Assembly (NCBI GenBank): GCA_022711665.1
Contig: JAKLEN010000001.1
Span: forward strand, 433,179 to 497,178
Direction of reading: 5' to 3'
Origin: Acidobacteriota bacterium
GTDB taxonomy: Bacteria > Acidobacteriota > Aminicenantia > Aminicenantales > Saccharicenantaceae
DNA: 64,000 nt
Shown here: one piece after another, positions 30,333-39,629 of the stretch
Layout of the letters: each line of letters opens with the position of its first letter
How positions within the stretch are numbered: position 1 is the first letter of the stretch
Made by a program: the position numbers and the translations under genes
The notes under the pieces: model-generated
Databases searched by the model: none
What the model saw: only the letters and a program-made list of their open reading frames with translations
Told to the model about the DNA's origin: nothing

Positions 30333-31802
30333 ATGTGCGGCGTCATCGGCCTCTGGGGCAACGGCCCCGTGATACGGGACCTCTACCAGGGGCTCCTGGC
30401 CCTCCAGCACCGCGGCCAGGACTCGGCCGGTATCACGACCTTCGACGGCCGCTTCCACACCAAGAAGGGCAACGGCCTGGTCCACGACATCTTCACCCCC
30501 GAGGCCGTCGAGCACCTGCGCGGCCCGATCGGCATCGGCCACACCCGCTACCCGACGGTCGGCGGCGGGGGCAGCGAGGACGCCCAGCCCTTCCAGCTCA
30601 ACTCGCCGTTCGGCATCGTCATGGTCCACAACGGCAACGTGGCCAACTACCGCGAGCTTCGCGACGAGCTCTACGAGAACAGCCAGCGCCTCCTCAACTC
30701 CGACTGCGACCTCGAGATCATCCTCAACATCTTCGCCGAGTCCCTGGCCCGCGAGCGGACCAGGGACCTGACCCCGGAGCACATCTTCCGGGCCGTCGAG
30801 GCCGTCTACAAGAAAGTCCGGGGCGCCTACTCCGTCGTCGCCTACATCGCCGGCCAGGGGCTGGTGGCCTTCCGCGACCCGTTCGGCATCAAGCCCCTCG
30901 TCTACGGCGTCCGCCGCGACGGCCTCCTGCCGGCTTACGCCTTCGCTTCCGAGACGGTCAGCCTGAACATCATGAACTTCGGCGAGATCCGGGACGTCGA
31001 GGCCGGCGAGGTCGTCTTCATCGACAAGTCGCGGACCCTCCACCGCAAGCACATCCGCAAGGGCTGCCCCTCGCCCTGCCTGTTCGAGTGGGTCTACTTC
31101 GCCCGGCCGGACACGTTCATCGACAAGGTCAACGTCTACAAGTGCCGGGTCAACCTGGGGCGCTCGCTGGCCGCCGACATCCGGCGCCGCAAGCTGGCCA
31201 TCGACGTCGTCGTGCCCGTGCCCGATTCGGCCCGCGACGCGGCCATCGAGATCGCCCGCCGGCTCAACCTCAAGTACAGCGAGGCCCTGGTCAAGAACCG
31301 CTACATCGGCCGGACCTTCATCATGCCGGCCGACGGGAAGCGCAAGAGCTCGGTCCGCCAGAAGCTCAACCCCATCGCCTCGGAGATCCGGGGCAAGAAG
31401 GTCCTGCTGGTCGACGACAGCATCGTCCGGGGCAACACCTCCAAGGCCATCATCGAGATGCTCCGCGAGGCCGGAGCCAGGAAGGTCTATTTCGCCTCCT
31501 ACTCGCCGCCCCTGCGCCACCCCTGCGTCTACGGCATCGACATGCAGACGAAGACCGAGTTCGTGGCCCAGGACGCCGACGAGGCCGCCGTGGCCAGGAG
31601 GATCGGGGCCGACAGGGTCATCTACCAGTCGCTGGCGGCCCTGAAAAAGGCGGTCCAGCAGGAGAACCCGAAGCTCAAGAACTTCTGCGCCGCCTGTTTC
31701 GACGGCATCTATCCGACCGGCGACATCACGCCGGACCTGCTCGAGGACATCGAGGCCGACCGCAAGGAGGCCCAGGATGCCCAGCTCGAGCTCAACCTCT
31801 GA
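30333..31802 (+). CDS. purF: Amidophosphoribosyltransferase
   Basis: 489 aa. N-terminal MCGVIG plus LQHRGQDSAGI (Ntn glutamine amidotransferase) and a PRTase motif VLLVDDSIVRGNTS. Confidence 0.95.
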   Translation: MCGVIGLWGNGPVIRDLYQGLLALQHRGQDSAGITTFDGRFHTKKGNGLVHDIFTPEAVEHLRGPIGIGHTRYPTVGGGGSEDAQPFQLNSPFGIVMVHNGNVANYRELRDELYENSQRLLNSDCDLEIILNIFAESLARERTRDLTPEHIFRAVEAVYKKVRGAYSVVAYIAGQGLVAFRDPFGIKPLVYGVRRDGLLPAYAFASETVSLNIMNFGEIRDVEAGEVVFIDKSRTLHRKHIRKGCPSPCLFEWVYFARPDTFIDKVNVYKCRVNLGRSLAADIRRRKLAIDVVVPVPDSARDAAIEIARRLNLKYSEALVKNRYIGRTFIMPADGKRKSSVRQKLNPIASEIRGKKVLLVDDSIVRGNTSKAIIEMLREAGARKVYFASYSPPLRHPCVYGIDMQTKTEFVAQDADEAAVARRIGADRVIYQSLAALKKAVQQENPKLKNFCAACFDGIYPTGDITPDLLEDIEADRKEAQDAQLELNL

Positions 31803-31820
31803 CCCGCCCCGGACCGGGCT

Positions 31821-32816
31821 TCAGAGGCTCCGCGGCCGGCCCTTCCGCCACCAGTCCCGGTGACCCTCGTACCAGCGCACCGTCCGCTCCAGCCCTTCGG
31901 CAAACTTCGTCCGGGGCTCCCAGTCCAGGCTCCGGATGAGGCTCGAGTCCATGGCGTAGCGGCGGTCGTGGCCGCGCCGGTCGGGGACGAACTGCAGCAG
32001 CCCGCCGGGCGCGCCGAGGGCGGCCAGGACGCGCCGGGCGACCTCGAGGTTGGTCATCTCACAGCCGCCGCCGACGTTGTAGACGCCGCCCAGGCGGCCC
32101 CGCAGCAGGGCCGCTTCGACGGCCCGGACGTGGTCGTCTACGTAGAGCCAGTCCCGGACGTTCAGGCCGTCGCCGAAGACCGGCAGGGTCCGGCCCTCGA
32201 GGACGTTGGTCACGAAAAGGGGGATGAGCTTCTCCGGGAACTGGCCGGGGCCGAAGGTGTTGGACGGCCGCAGGACGACGATCGGCAGCCCGAACGTGAC
32301 ATGATAGGCCCGGGCCAGGTGGTCCCCGCCGGCCTTGCTGGCGGCATAGGGGGAAGAAGGGGCCAGGGGATCGGTCTCCCGGGCCGGCCGGCCGGGCCGG
32401 CTGCCGTAGACCTCGTCGGTCGAGACGTGGACAAAGGTCTCGATGGCCGGGAAGGCCCGCAGGGCGTCGAGGAGGACGTACGTGCCGTGGACGTTGGTCA
32501 GGACGAACTCGCCGGCATCGTGGATGGAACGGTCGACGTGGGTCTCGGCGGCGAAGTGGACGACCGCCTGGACCCGGCCGAAGAGGCGCCGGACCAGGTC
32601 CCGGTCCCGGATGTCGCCGAGGACGAACTCGTAGCGGGGGTCGTCCTGGATGTCGCGCAGGTTCTCGAGGTTGCCGGCATAGGTCAGCTTGTCCAGGTTG
32701 ACGACCCGGACCTCCGGGCGGCCGGCAAGGATGTGGCGGATGAAGCGGCTGCCGATGAAGCCCGCTCCGCCCGTCACCAGGAGGGTCTTGCCCTCCAGGA
32801 TCCGTTCGCTGCTCAT
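31821..32816 (-). CDS. rfbB: dTDP-glucose 4,6-dehydratase
   Basis: 331 aa. Motifs TGGAGFIGS, the catalytic YAASKAGGDH, and the RmlB-typical ...VPDRRGHDRRYAMD. Confidence 0.9.
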   Translation of the reverse strand: MSSERILEGKTLLVTGGAGFIGSRFIRHILAGRPEVRVVNLDKLTYAGNLENLRDIQDDPRYEFVLGDIRDRDLVRRLFGRVQAVVHFAAETHVDRSIHDAGEFVLTNVHGTYVLLDALRAFPAIETFVHVSTDEVYGSRPGRPARETDPLAPSSPYAASKAGGDHLARAYHVTFGLPIVVLRPSNTFGPGQFPEKLIPLFVTNVLEGRTLPVFGDGLNVRDWLYVDDHVRAVEAALLRGRLGGVYNVGGGCEMTNLEVARRVLAALGAPGGLLQFVPDRRGHDRRYAMDSSLIRSLDWEPRTKFAEGLERTVRWYEGHRDWWRKGRPRSL

Positions 32817-32832
32817 GGCCGTCCTCCTCCCG

Positions 32833-35100
32833 TCAGAACCCGAAGCCTCCCAGGAAATCGAGCGACCGGCCGATCGTGCCCAGCCCGACCGAGACCCGGA
32901 CCTGGGTGTCGGTCTTGGCCCGGAAATAGAAGGTCCGGACGTCGACCAGGATGTCGAGGCATTGGTAGTGATAAGTCGCCTGGGCGCCGGTGTAAAGGAG
33001 CTTGCGGTCCTTGATGTTGTAGTCGGCCTCGAGCTGGAGGTCCAGGTTCGCCCCGGGCAGCCGCAGTCCTCCGAAGGCCCCGATCTGGTCGCGATTGTAG
33101 AGGGCGATGAGGTCGGGATCGGCCCCGGCCACCCAGGCGTTCCGGCTCTTGAACCAGGTCACGGTCAGGAAATCGCCGTCGGCCTTGGAGCCGGCCGTGG
33201 CGCTCAGCCGCAGGCTCGACAGGGTGTCGTAGTACGTGTTGTAGGCGGCCGCGGCGTCCAGGCTGAACCGGGCCCGCGGATAGAAGCGCAGCGTGCCGGT
33301 GACCTCGGAGAAGCGCGGCGGCCGCCCGTCGACCGGGTAGAGCGACAGGGGCCCATCCTCCGGCGAGAAGTAGCAGGTCTGGCCCAGGCCGAGGGAGAAG
33401 ACCTCGACCGAGCGATCGTTCGCGCCCTTGAAGAGGAAGCGGCCGGTGACGCCGTAGCTCAGCTGGTGGTAGCGGAAGAAGCCGAAGTTGGTGACGACGC
33501 GGTCGCTGGCGTTGGTCGGGCTGTCGTACTGGTAGGTGACATAGGGCTCGATCAGGCTCTTCAGCCGCGCCCGGCCGTCGCGCCCGTAGAAGATGCGGTA
33601 GAGGACCGGCCCGACGATCTCGACCGCGGCCGTCAGGTTGCGGGTGAAGAGCGGATCGTCGACGACGGCCCCGGTCCCGGCCGGGTCCAGGCTCTGGCCG
33701 TAGTAGTCGAGGTTGGCCGTGACCGTGGTCGTCGCCGTCAGCCAGGGGATCGAGGCGAAAGGCAGGCTCAGCGACGGGCTGAGGGCCAGGCGGGTCGAGC
33801 GCCTCTCGGTCCCGGCGTCGTACTCCGACCTCCAGCCGTATTGAGAGCGGAGGAGCGACGCGGCCAGCGAGAAATAGACCGGGGCGAAGAGCCTGGTCTT
33901 GAAGACGTTGAAGGCGATCTGGGGCAGGGAGGTCGAGACGTTGGAGTCGTCGACCTGGGAGAAGTAGGTCTCGAAGCGCGAAGCCCGGGCGCTGAGGTTG
34001 AACCGCCGCCACGACCGCGTCAGGTAGAGCTGGGAGGTCCGGGTGTAGGACAGGGCCCGCTGGAAGTTGTTGTCGAAATCCCTCAGGAAGGTGAACGAGG
34101 TCTGGTAATCGACGTTGGCCGCCAGCGAGAAACCGAGGGGCAGCGCCTGGGTATGGTTGAGGCGGACGATGGATAAGCTCCCCGGCCGGGTGCCGTCGTC
34201 CTGCCGCTTGTAGACGAAGTAGTAGAGGTTGAGGTCGCCCTTGGTGCCGCCGGGAAAAAGGTAGCGGTACTCCAGGCCGGCGCCCGTGCCGCGGGAGAGG
34301 TAGAAGTCGAGGCCGACGGTGGCGTCCATGTTGGGGGCCATGGCCCAGTAGTAGCTCTGGGACACGGACAGGCCCTTGTCGCCGCCGAACCCGAGGCGGG
34401 GCGCCAGGAACCCCGAGGCCCGGTCCTTCAGGGGGTAGCGGAGGTAGGGCAGATAGAGGACGGGCAGGCTCTTGACGCGGACGACGGCGTCCCACATCTC
34501 GACGAACTCCCCCGTTCGCAGCTCGGCCCTGGACAGGCCGAAGCTCCAGCGCGGGTTCGGCTGGGCGCAGGCCGTCAGGCGGGCCTTCTTCAAGGCGTAG
34601 ACGTCGGCCTGGCGGCGCTCCAGGGTCTCGGCCTCGAACAGGATCGACGGCTGGACCAGGCCCGAGGCCCGCTCGATCGTGCCCCGCCCGGTCTCCAGGT
34701 TGTAGAGGGCCCGTTCGGCCCGGACGACTTCCCCCGGGGTCTGGACGACGACGTTGCCCTCGGCCCGGACATCCTTGGTCCCGAGGTCGTATTCGACCCG
34801 GTCGGCGAAGACCAGGACCTCGCCGCAGCGGACCTCGACGTCCCCGGCGGCGTAGACGCGGTCGCCTGTCCGCTGCTGGCTCCGGGAGACGATCCGGACG
34901 CCGGTCGCGGCCGCCTGCCCGGCTGGCTCGGCCGACTGGGGTGATGCGGACGGCACGGCGGTCGAGGTGGACTGACCGAAAAGGACGGGCGGACGCTGCG
35001 CCGCGGCCAGGCAGAGCGCTACGGCCAAGATACGGAGGAACGGCCGCCCAAGGCGAGACTCCATCGGCTGATATGTAGCACAGGGAAAAATGAGAAGCAA
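32833..35100 (-). CDS. lptD: LPS-assembly protein LptD (OstA family)
   Basis: 755 aa. An OstA-like N-domain (VYAAGDVEVRCGEVLVFADRVEYDLGTKDVRAEGNVVV...ERALYNLETGRG) is followed by a large beta-barrel. The start is either TTG 35100 or ATG 35064 (MESRLGRPFLRILAVALCLAAA); neither has a clear SD. Confidence 0.8.
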   Translation of the reverse strand: MLLIFPCATYQPMESRLGRPFLRILAVALCLAAAQRPPVLFGQSTSTAVPSASPQSAEPAGQAAATGVRIVSRSQQRTGDRVYAAGDVEVRCGEVLVFADRVEYDLGTKDVRAEGNVVVQTPGEVVRAERALYNLETGRGTIERASGLVQPSILFEAETLERRQADVYALKKARLTACAQPNPRWSFGLSRAELRTGEFVEMWDAVVRVKSLPVLYLPYLRYPLKDRASGFLAPRLGFGGDKGLSVSQSYYWAMAPNMDATVGLDFYLSRGTGAGLEYRYLFPGGTKGDLNLYYFVYKRQDDGTRPGSLSIVRLNHTQALPLGFSLAANVDYQTSFTFLRDFDNNFQRALSYTRTSQLYLTRSWRRFNLSARASRFETYFSQVDDSNVSTSLPQIAFNVFKTRLFAPVYFSLAASLLRSQYGWRSEYDAGTERRSTRLALSPSLSLPFASIPWLTATTTVTANLDYYGQSLDPAGTGAVVDDPLFTRNLTAAVEIVGPVLYRIFYGRDGRARLKSLIEPYVTYQYDSPTNASDRVVTNFGFFRYHQLSYGVTGRFLFKGANDRSVEVFSLGLGQTCYFSPEDGPLSLYPVDGRPPRFSEVTGTLRFYPRARFSLDAAAAYNTYYDTLSSLRLSATAGSKADGDFLTVTWFKSRNAWVAGADPDLIALYNRDQIGAFGGLRLPGANLDLQLEADYNIKDRKLLYTGAQATYHYQCLDILVDVRTFYFRAKTDTQVRVSVGLGTIGRSLDFLGGFGF

Positions 35101-35119
35101 ACCAGCCGGGAACGGGCCG

Positions 35120-35356
35120 TCAGGACTCGGGCGGATCGCCCCGGATCTCTTTCTTCAGCGCCCGGAACAGGCTCAGGAGCCCGGAGGCGACGCCGAGGAC
35201 GGTGAAGGTGAGCAGAAGCCAGGGGTGGGTGCCCAGCCAGCGGTCGAGGAAATAGCCCATGAACAGGCCCACGGCGATCGAGGACGGCAGGATAAGGCCT
35301 ATCGAGGTCATCTCGGCCAGACGCCGCAGACCCGGTCCCTTGGGCTCGCCGGCCAT
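35120..35356 (-). CDS. atpZ: AtpZ-like small membrane protein ('putative F0F1-ATPase subunit, Ca2+/Mg2+ transporter' family)
   Basis: 78 aa with two TM helices. The sequence IGLILPSSIAVGLFMGYFLDRWLGTHPWLLLTFTVLGVASGLLSLFR matches the AtpZ family pattern. Confidence 0.65.
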   Translation of the reverse strand: MAGEPKGPGLRRLAEMTSIGLILPSSIAVGLFMGYFLDRWLGTHPWLLLTFTVLGVASGLLSLFRALKKEIRGDPPES

Positions 35357-35709
35357 CAGTCGGCCCCCGGTCCCCGGCCCGCCGGCCGCGCCTCGGTGAC
35401 TTCGGGCCCGGCCGCCCAGGCGCCGCCCTCGTTGACCAGGGCGTTCCAGCCGAAGCCGAAGGCGAAGGCCAGGCAGAAGAGCTTGAAAAAGGCCTCGAAG
35501 GTCCGACCGTCCGCGCCGGTGTCGAACCGCGGGAAGATGACCAGGGTCAGGATAAGCCCGACGGCCAGGGAAGCCAGGGCCGAATAGAGATAGCGGCGGC
35601 CGAAGCCGCGGACCCGGCCCGCCCGGACCCGGCGCAGCCAGGGCAGGACCGTCCGGGCCAGGATGCCGGCCAGGAGACCCGCGAACTTGACCAGGAATTC
35701 CGTCGACAT
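35356..35709 (-). CDS. Hypothetical small membrane protein
   Basis: The last 117 aa of ORF 35356..36024, starting at MSTEFLVKFAGLLAGILARTVLPWL. About three hydrophobic helices; the stop overlaps the atpZ start (TGATG). I recognise no family. Confidence 0.5.
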   Translation of the reverse strand: MSTEFLVKFAGLLAGILARTVLPWLRRVRAGRVRGFGRRYLYSALASLAVGLILTLVIFPRFDTGADGRTFEAFFKLFCLAFAFGFGWNALVNEGGAWAAGPEVTEARPAGRGPGAD

Positions 35710-35826
35710 GGCGTGCGTCCCTCCCGGGCGCTCCCTCTTCCCGGCCCTATTCTCCGGAAGGGGCCGGGGGATGTCAAGGAAGCGCCCCACCCGGTAATAC
35801 GCGTCCGCGCCGGGATCGTCCGGAAG

Positions 35827-35835
35827 TGCTATAAT
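35827..35835 (+). promoter_or_regulatory. Extended -10 promoter element upstream of atpI
   Basis: TGCTATAAT (TGnTATAAT consensus) lies 9 nt before ATG 35845, with no SD between them. Confidence 0.4.
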
Positions 35836-35844
35836 CCAGTTGCC

Positions 35845-36246
35845 ATGACGACCGAGCCCCCGGCCGCGTACGACGAGAGCTTCCTGCGGCGGATCCCCTT
35901 CGAGATCGCCGGCCTGGCGGCCATCCTGGCCGTCCCGGCGGGCCTGCTCTTCGGCCCCGGAACGGGCCTGGCCTTCTTCGCTGGCGGGCTCTTTTCGGCC
36001 CTCGGCTTCCTCTGGCTCAGGCAATCGCTGACCCGCCTGCTCTCGAAAGGCCAGAAGGGGGCGCGGCGCTCCGGCCTCCTCATCTACGTCCTCCGGCTCG
36101 TGTTGATTTGCGGTGTTTTTTGCCTTATAATTCTTTTCTATCCGCAGAGGATTTTCGCCTTCGTCGCGGGCTTCTCCACGGTCGTGCCGATAACGCTGGC
36201 CGAGGCTGTCCGCGGGCTCCGGCGCGTGAAGAAATGGAAGGATTAG
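35845..36246 (+). CDS. atpI: ATP synthase protein I-like membrane protein
   Basis: 133 aa from ATG 35845, hydrophobic with about four TM segments. It sits immediately upstream of atpB and overlaps it. The assignment rests mainly on position and topology. Confidence 0.6.
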   Translation: MTTEPPAAYDESFLRRIPFEIAGLAAILAVPAGLLFGPGTGLAFFAGGLFSALGFLWLRQSLTRLLSKGQKGARRSGLLIYVLRLVLICGVFCLIILFYPQRIFAFVAGFSTVVPITLAEAVRGLRRVKKWKD

Positions 36247-36980
36247 AGCACAGCCTCTGGATCGTCGAGGCCTTCAACCGGCTCTTCGGCCCGCCCGTCG
36301 CGGCGCTGCTCGGGCTGTTCGGCCTCAGGATCGACCCCCTCCACGCCATCCCGGATTTCCTGGTCATGGTCATCCTGGTGGCCGTCCTGCTGCCGCTCCT
36401 CCTCCGGCCGCTGGCCCGCAAGCCGGCCCTGGTGCCGACCCGGCGTCAGACCGTGGGCGAGATGATCGTCCAGCTGTTCCTCAGCGTCATCACCGACACC
36501 ATCGGCCCGGAGGGCCGCAAGTACGTCCCGGTCGTCGGCGCCGTCGGCATCTTCGTCTTCTCCTGCAACATGATCGGCCTCATCCCCGGCCTCATGTCGC
36601 CGACGAGCAAGCTCAACGTCACCGTCGGCTGCGCCCTGGCCGTCTTCTTCTACTATCACGCCATGGGCGTCAAGGCCCAGGGGCTGAAGTACTTCAAGCA
36701 CTTCCTGGGCGAGATCCCGGCCATGGCCCCGCTGATGCTGCCGATCGAGATCATCAGCCATTTCTCCCGGCCGGTCTCCCTGTCGATGCGGTTGTTCTGC
36801 AACATCTTCTCCGAAGAGCTGCTGATCGTCATCATGACCTCGATCTTCCCCCTGCTCCTGCCGATGCCGTTCATGGCCCTGTCGATCTTCACCTCGGCCA
36901 TCCAGGCCTACGTTTTCGTCCTGCTGTCCTGCATCTACATCTCGGGCGCCGTCGCCCATGAAGAAGAGCATTCAAAGTAA
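36234..36980 (+). CDS. atpB: F0F1 ATP synthase subunit a
   Basis: 248 aa from ATG 36234. It carries the conserved subunit-a region ...LPIEIISHFSRPVSLSMRLFCNIFSEELL, which includes the essential Arg. Confidence 0.92.
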   Translation: MEGLEHSLWIVEAFNRLFGPPVAALLGLFGLRIDPLHAIPDFLVMVILVAVLLPLLLRPLARKPALVPTRRQTVGEMIVQLFLSVITDTIGPEGRKYVPVVGAVGIFVFSCNMIGLIPGLMSPTSKLNVTVGCALAVFFYYHAMGVKAQGLKYFKHFLGEIPAMAPLMLPIEIISHFSRPVSLSMRLFCNIFSEELLIVIMTSIFPLLLPMPFMALSIFTSAIQAYVFVLLSCIYISGAVAHEEEHSK

Positions 36981-36990
36981 AGGAGTCGCC

Positions 36991-37344
36991 ATGTCCAAGA
37001 GAATGAAAGCGCTCGCCCTGATGGCCTTCGGCCTGGCTCTGACCGCCCTGCCCGCCCTGGCCCAGGAAGGCGTCGCGGGCGAGCTGGCCAAGCCCCGGGC
37101 CGACCTGTTCAAGCTGTCGCTCATCGTCGGCGGCGCCGTCATCAGCCTGGCCGTCATCGCCGGCGCCATCTGCCAGTCCCGGGCCATCTGCTCGGCCTGC
37201 GAAGGCATCTCCCGCAACCCGGCCGGCGCGCCGGCCATCCGCGGCCTGCTCATCCTGGGCCTCGTCCTCATCGAGACCCTGGTCATCTACGCCCTGCTCA
37301 TCACCATCATCATCCTGATGGTCCAGTGGGGGAAGTACGTCTGA
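36991..37344 (+). CDS. atpE: F0F1 ATP synthase subunit c with N-terminal signal-peptide-like extension
   Basis: ATG 36991 follows AAAGGAG. The hairpin core is GAICQSRAICSACEGISRNPAGAPAIRGLLILGLVLIETLVIYALL, with loop RNP and the ion-binding Glu. The first ~27 aa (MSKRMKALALMAFGLALTALPALAQEG) are extra. Confidence 0.9.
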   Translation: MSKRMKALALMAFGLALTALPALAQEGVAGELAKPRADLFKLSLIVGGAVISLAVIAGAICQSRAICSACEGISRNPAGAPAIRGLLILGLVLIETLVIYALLITIIILMVQWGKYV

Positions 37345-37386
37345 GCCTGAGGCCCGGAGGCCGAGGTCCATCAGACCCCGGAGCGG

Positions 37387-38298
37387 ATGACGCGATCGAC
37401 CTTTTCGCTCATCGCCGCGTCCTTCAAGCGGTTCGACGGGGACAAGTGTTGGACCTCGGCCGTCGTCATCTCGTACTTTTCGCTCCTCTGCTCGGTCCCG
37501 CTCATCGCCCTTTTCTTCGCCGCCGCCGGGCGTTTCCTGGGCGATACGGAGATGGCCCTGCGGAGCCTGAACATCTTCACGGATGAGTTCTTCGCCCGGC
37601 TCAATCCCGGCTTCTTCAAGAGCTTCGAGGGCCTCTCGGGGGCGGCCGGCGGCCTGGGGCTCTTCGGCATCGTCGGCTCGCTCGTCTCGGCCTCGTTCCT
37701 TTTTTCGAGCCTGATCACCGCCATCAACCAGATCTTTCGGACGACCTACCACCGGTCGTTCATCTACAACCGGCTGATCGAGTTCCTGATGATGATCGTC
37801 GTCGGCGTCTTCATGTTCTTTTCCCTGGCCATGACGGCCGTCTGGACGGCCATCGGCCAGGCCATCCAGGAGGGCGGCCTGGCCGGGACGACGCTCAATC
37901 CCGAGGCCCTGGCGGCCCTCAACAACGTTTTCCTGAAATACCTGACCCCCTACTTCCTGACCTTCCTGATGTTCTTCATCCTTTATAAGTTCATCCCGGA
38001 GGTCAAGGTCCACAGCCGGGCCGGCGTCATCCCGGCCCTGATCGCCGCCCTGATCTTCGAGGTCTTCAAGCGGGCTTTCGCCTTTTACGTCGTCCATTTC
38101 TCGGCCGTCGGCGTCGTCCTGAGCAAGATCCTGCAGGGCACGCTGACCTCGGTCCTCTTCTTCGTGCTCTGGGTGACCTCGTCGATGATCATCCTGCTCT
38201 GGGGCGCGGAGCTGGCCGCCCTGCTCAACGAGAAGTACGATGCGGCCGCGGCCTTGAAGGCCAAACAGACCCCGCCGGCGGCGCCCAAACCGGTTTAG
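37387..38298 (+). CDS. YihY/BrkB (ribonuclease BN-like) family membrane protein
   Basis: 303 aa. The N-terminus (AASFKRFDGDKCWTSAVVISYFSLLCSVPLIAL) and a six-TM pattern are typical of YihY. Confidence 0.85.
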   Translation: MTRSTFSLIAASFKRFDGDKCWTSAVVISYFSLLCSVPLIALFFAAAGRFLGDTEMALRSLNIFTDEFFARLNPGFFKSFEGLSGAAGGLGLFGIVGSLVSASFLFSSLITAINQIFRTTYHRSFIYNRLIEFLMMIVVGVFMFFSLAMTAVWTAIGQAIQEGGLAGTTLNPEALAALNNVFLKYLTPYFLTFLMFFILYKFIPEVKVHSRAGVIPALIAALIFEVFKRAFAFYVVHFSAVGVVLSKILQGTLTSVLFFVLWVTSSMIILLWGAELAALLNEKYDAAAALKAKQTPPAAPKPV

Positions 38299-38362
38299 AG
38301 GGACTGAAGCTGGGGCATGCTCCACAGGGACGCATCCCCGTCCCGGTTGAACGGAAGATCCG

Positions 38363-38689
38363 TCAGATGTGCCTGGCGACGGCCTCGGCCAGCTTCGCCT
38401 TGGGCAGGACGCCGACCATTTTTTCCTTGAGCTCCCCGCCCTTGAACAGGATCAGGGTCGGGATGGCCATGATGCCGTAGGTCTGGGGCGTCCGGGGATT
38501 CTCGTCCACGTTCATCTTGACGACTTTGAGCTTGCCCTTGTGGGCCTCGGCGATCTCCTCGACCACGGGGCCGATCATCATGCAGGGCCCGCACCAGGGG
38601 GCCCAGAAATCCACCAGGACGGGCAGGTCGGACTCGAGAACGTCGGCGTTAAAGCTGGCGTCGGTCCCGGTCATAACGGCGTCGGACAT
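38363..38689 (-). CDS. trxA: Thioredoxin
   Basis: 108 aa with the active site WAPWCGPC and a canonical thioredoxin fold sequence. Confidence 0.95.
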   Translation of the reverse strand: MSDAVMTGTDASFNADVLESDLPVLVDFWAPWCGPCMMIGPVVEEIAEAHKGKLKVVKMNVDENPRTPQTYGIMAIPTLILFKGGELKEKMVGVLPKAKLAEAVARHI

Positions 38690-38734
38690 GGGCTGGTCTC
38701 CAATTCCTAGTACTTTAGTAGTATTTGAGTTCCC

Positions 38735-38763
38735 ATCATAGCGGCCTGGCGGCGCGTTGTCAA
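38735..38763 (-). promoter_or_regulatory. Putative sigma70-type promoter of trxA
   Basis: On the minus strand a perfect TTGACA (38763-38758), a 17-nt spacer, then TATGAT (38740-38735). The ~40-nt leader contains GGAG. Confidence 0.45.
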
Positions 38764-38780
38764 GCGCCCCGGGCCCGGCC

Positions 38781-39629
38781 CTATTCGGCCCAGCCGAGCT
38801 TTTCCTTGACCAGGTCGTAATAGCTGCGGCGGGGCGACGTGACGAGCTGGAGCTCGAAGGGCGCCTTGCGGATCTCGACGACGTCGTTGCGGACCAGCCC
38901 CCCGCCGCGCTGGCCGTCGAAGGTCACATGGACCTCTTCCCCGCCCGTCAGCAGCCGGACGCTGATCGTCGACGCCGAGGGCACGGCCAGGGGCCGGAGG
39001 GACAGGGTGTGGGGACAGATCGGCGTCACGAGGGTGGCCGGGACCTGGGGATGGACGATCGGCCCCCCGGCCGAGAGCGAGTAGGCCGTCGACCCGGTCG
39101 GCGTGGCCACGATCAGGCCGTCTGCCTTGAGGTCGGCCACGTCCCGGCCGTCGATGAGCAGGGCCATCTCGATCATCCGGGCCTTGGCCCCCTTGGTGAT
39201 GACGACGTCGTTCAGGCAGAATCCCGCCGCCGAGGAGGTCCGGGCCTCGAGGAGGCCGCGGGGGCTGATAAGGGACGCGTCCCCGCCGAGGAACCTGTCG
39301 AGCGTCGCCGCGACCTCGGTGACCGGGATCTCGGTCAGGAAGCCCAGGCGGCCCAGGTTGACGCCCATGACCGGGACGCCGGCCCGGGCGGCATGGTGGG
39401 CCACGCTGAGGAGCGTGCCGTCGCCGCCGAGGACGACGACCAGGTCCGAGGCCGCGGCGATGGCCGGGCGTTCCAGCCCGTCGGGGCGCCCGAGCTTCCG
39501 GGCCGCCGCGTCCTCGAGGACGCAGGCGATGCCGCGGGCCTCGAAGTACTCGACCACGATCTTGAGGATGCCCTCGACCGACGGGGCATGGGGCTTGATG
39601 ACGATGCCGGCCTTGCGCACGCTATTCAT
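38781..39629 (-). CDS. nadK: NAD+ kinase
   Basis: 282 aa. GGDGTLL motif and the NadK C-terminal beta-sandwich (..TPTGSTAYSLSAGGPIV). Confidence 0.92.
   Translation of the reverse strand: MNSVRKAGIVIKPHAPSVEGILKIVVEYFEARGIACVLEDAAARKLGRPDGLERPAIAAASDLVVVLGGDGTLLSVAHHAARAGVPVMGVNLGRLGFLTEIPVTEVAATLDRFLGGDASLISPRGLLEARTSSAAGFCLNDVVITKGAKARMIEMALLIDGRDVADLKADGLIVATPTGSTAYSLSAGGPIVHPQVPATLVTPICPHTLSLRPLAVPSASTISVRLLTGGEEVHVTFDGQRGGGLVRNDVVEIRKAPFELQLVTSPRRSYYDLVKEKLGWAE

Noticed and set aside
36991-37344. A Na+-binding signature in the c subunit, implying a Na+-translocating ATP synthase.
   Set aside because: The Gln, Glu, Thr and Tyr equivalents of Ilyobacter Q32, E65, S66 and Y70 align. The T67 equivalent is Leu, and Q/E/Y also occur in H+-specific c-rings. 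The sequence alone is not decisive.
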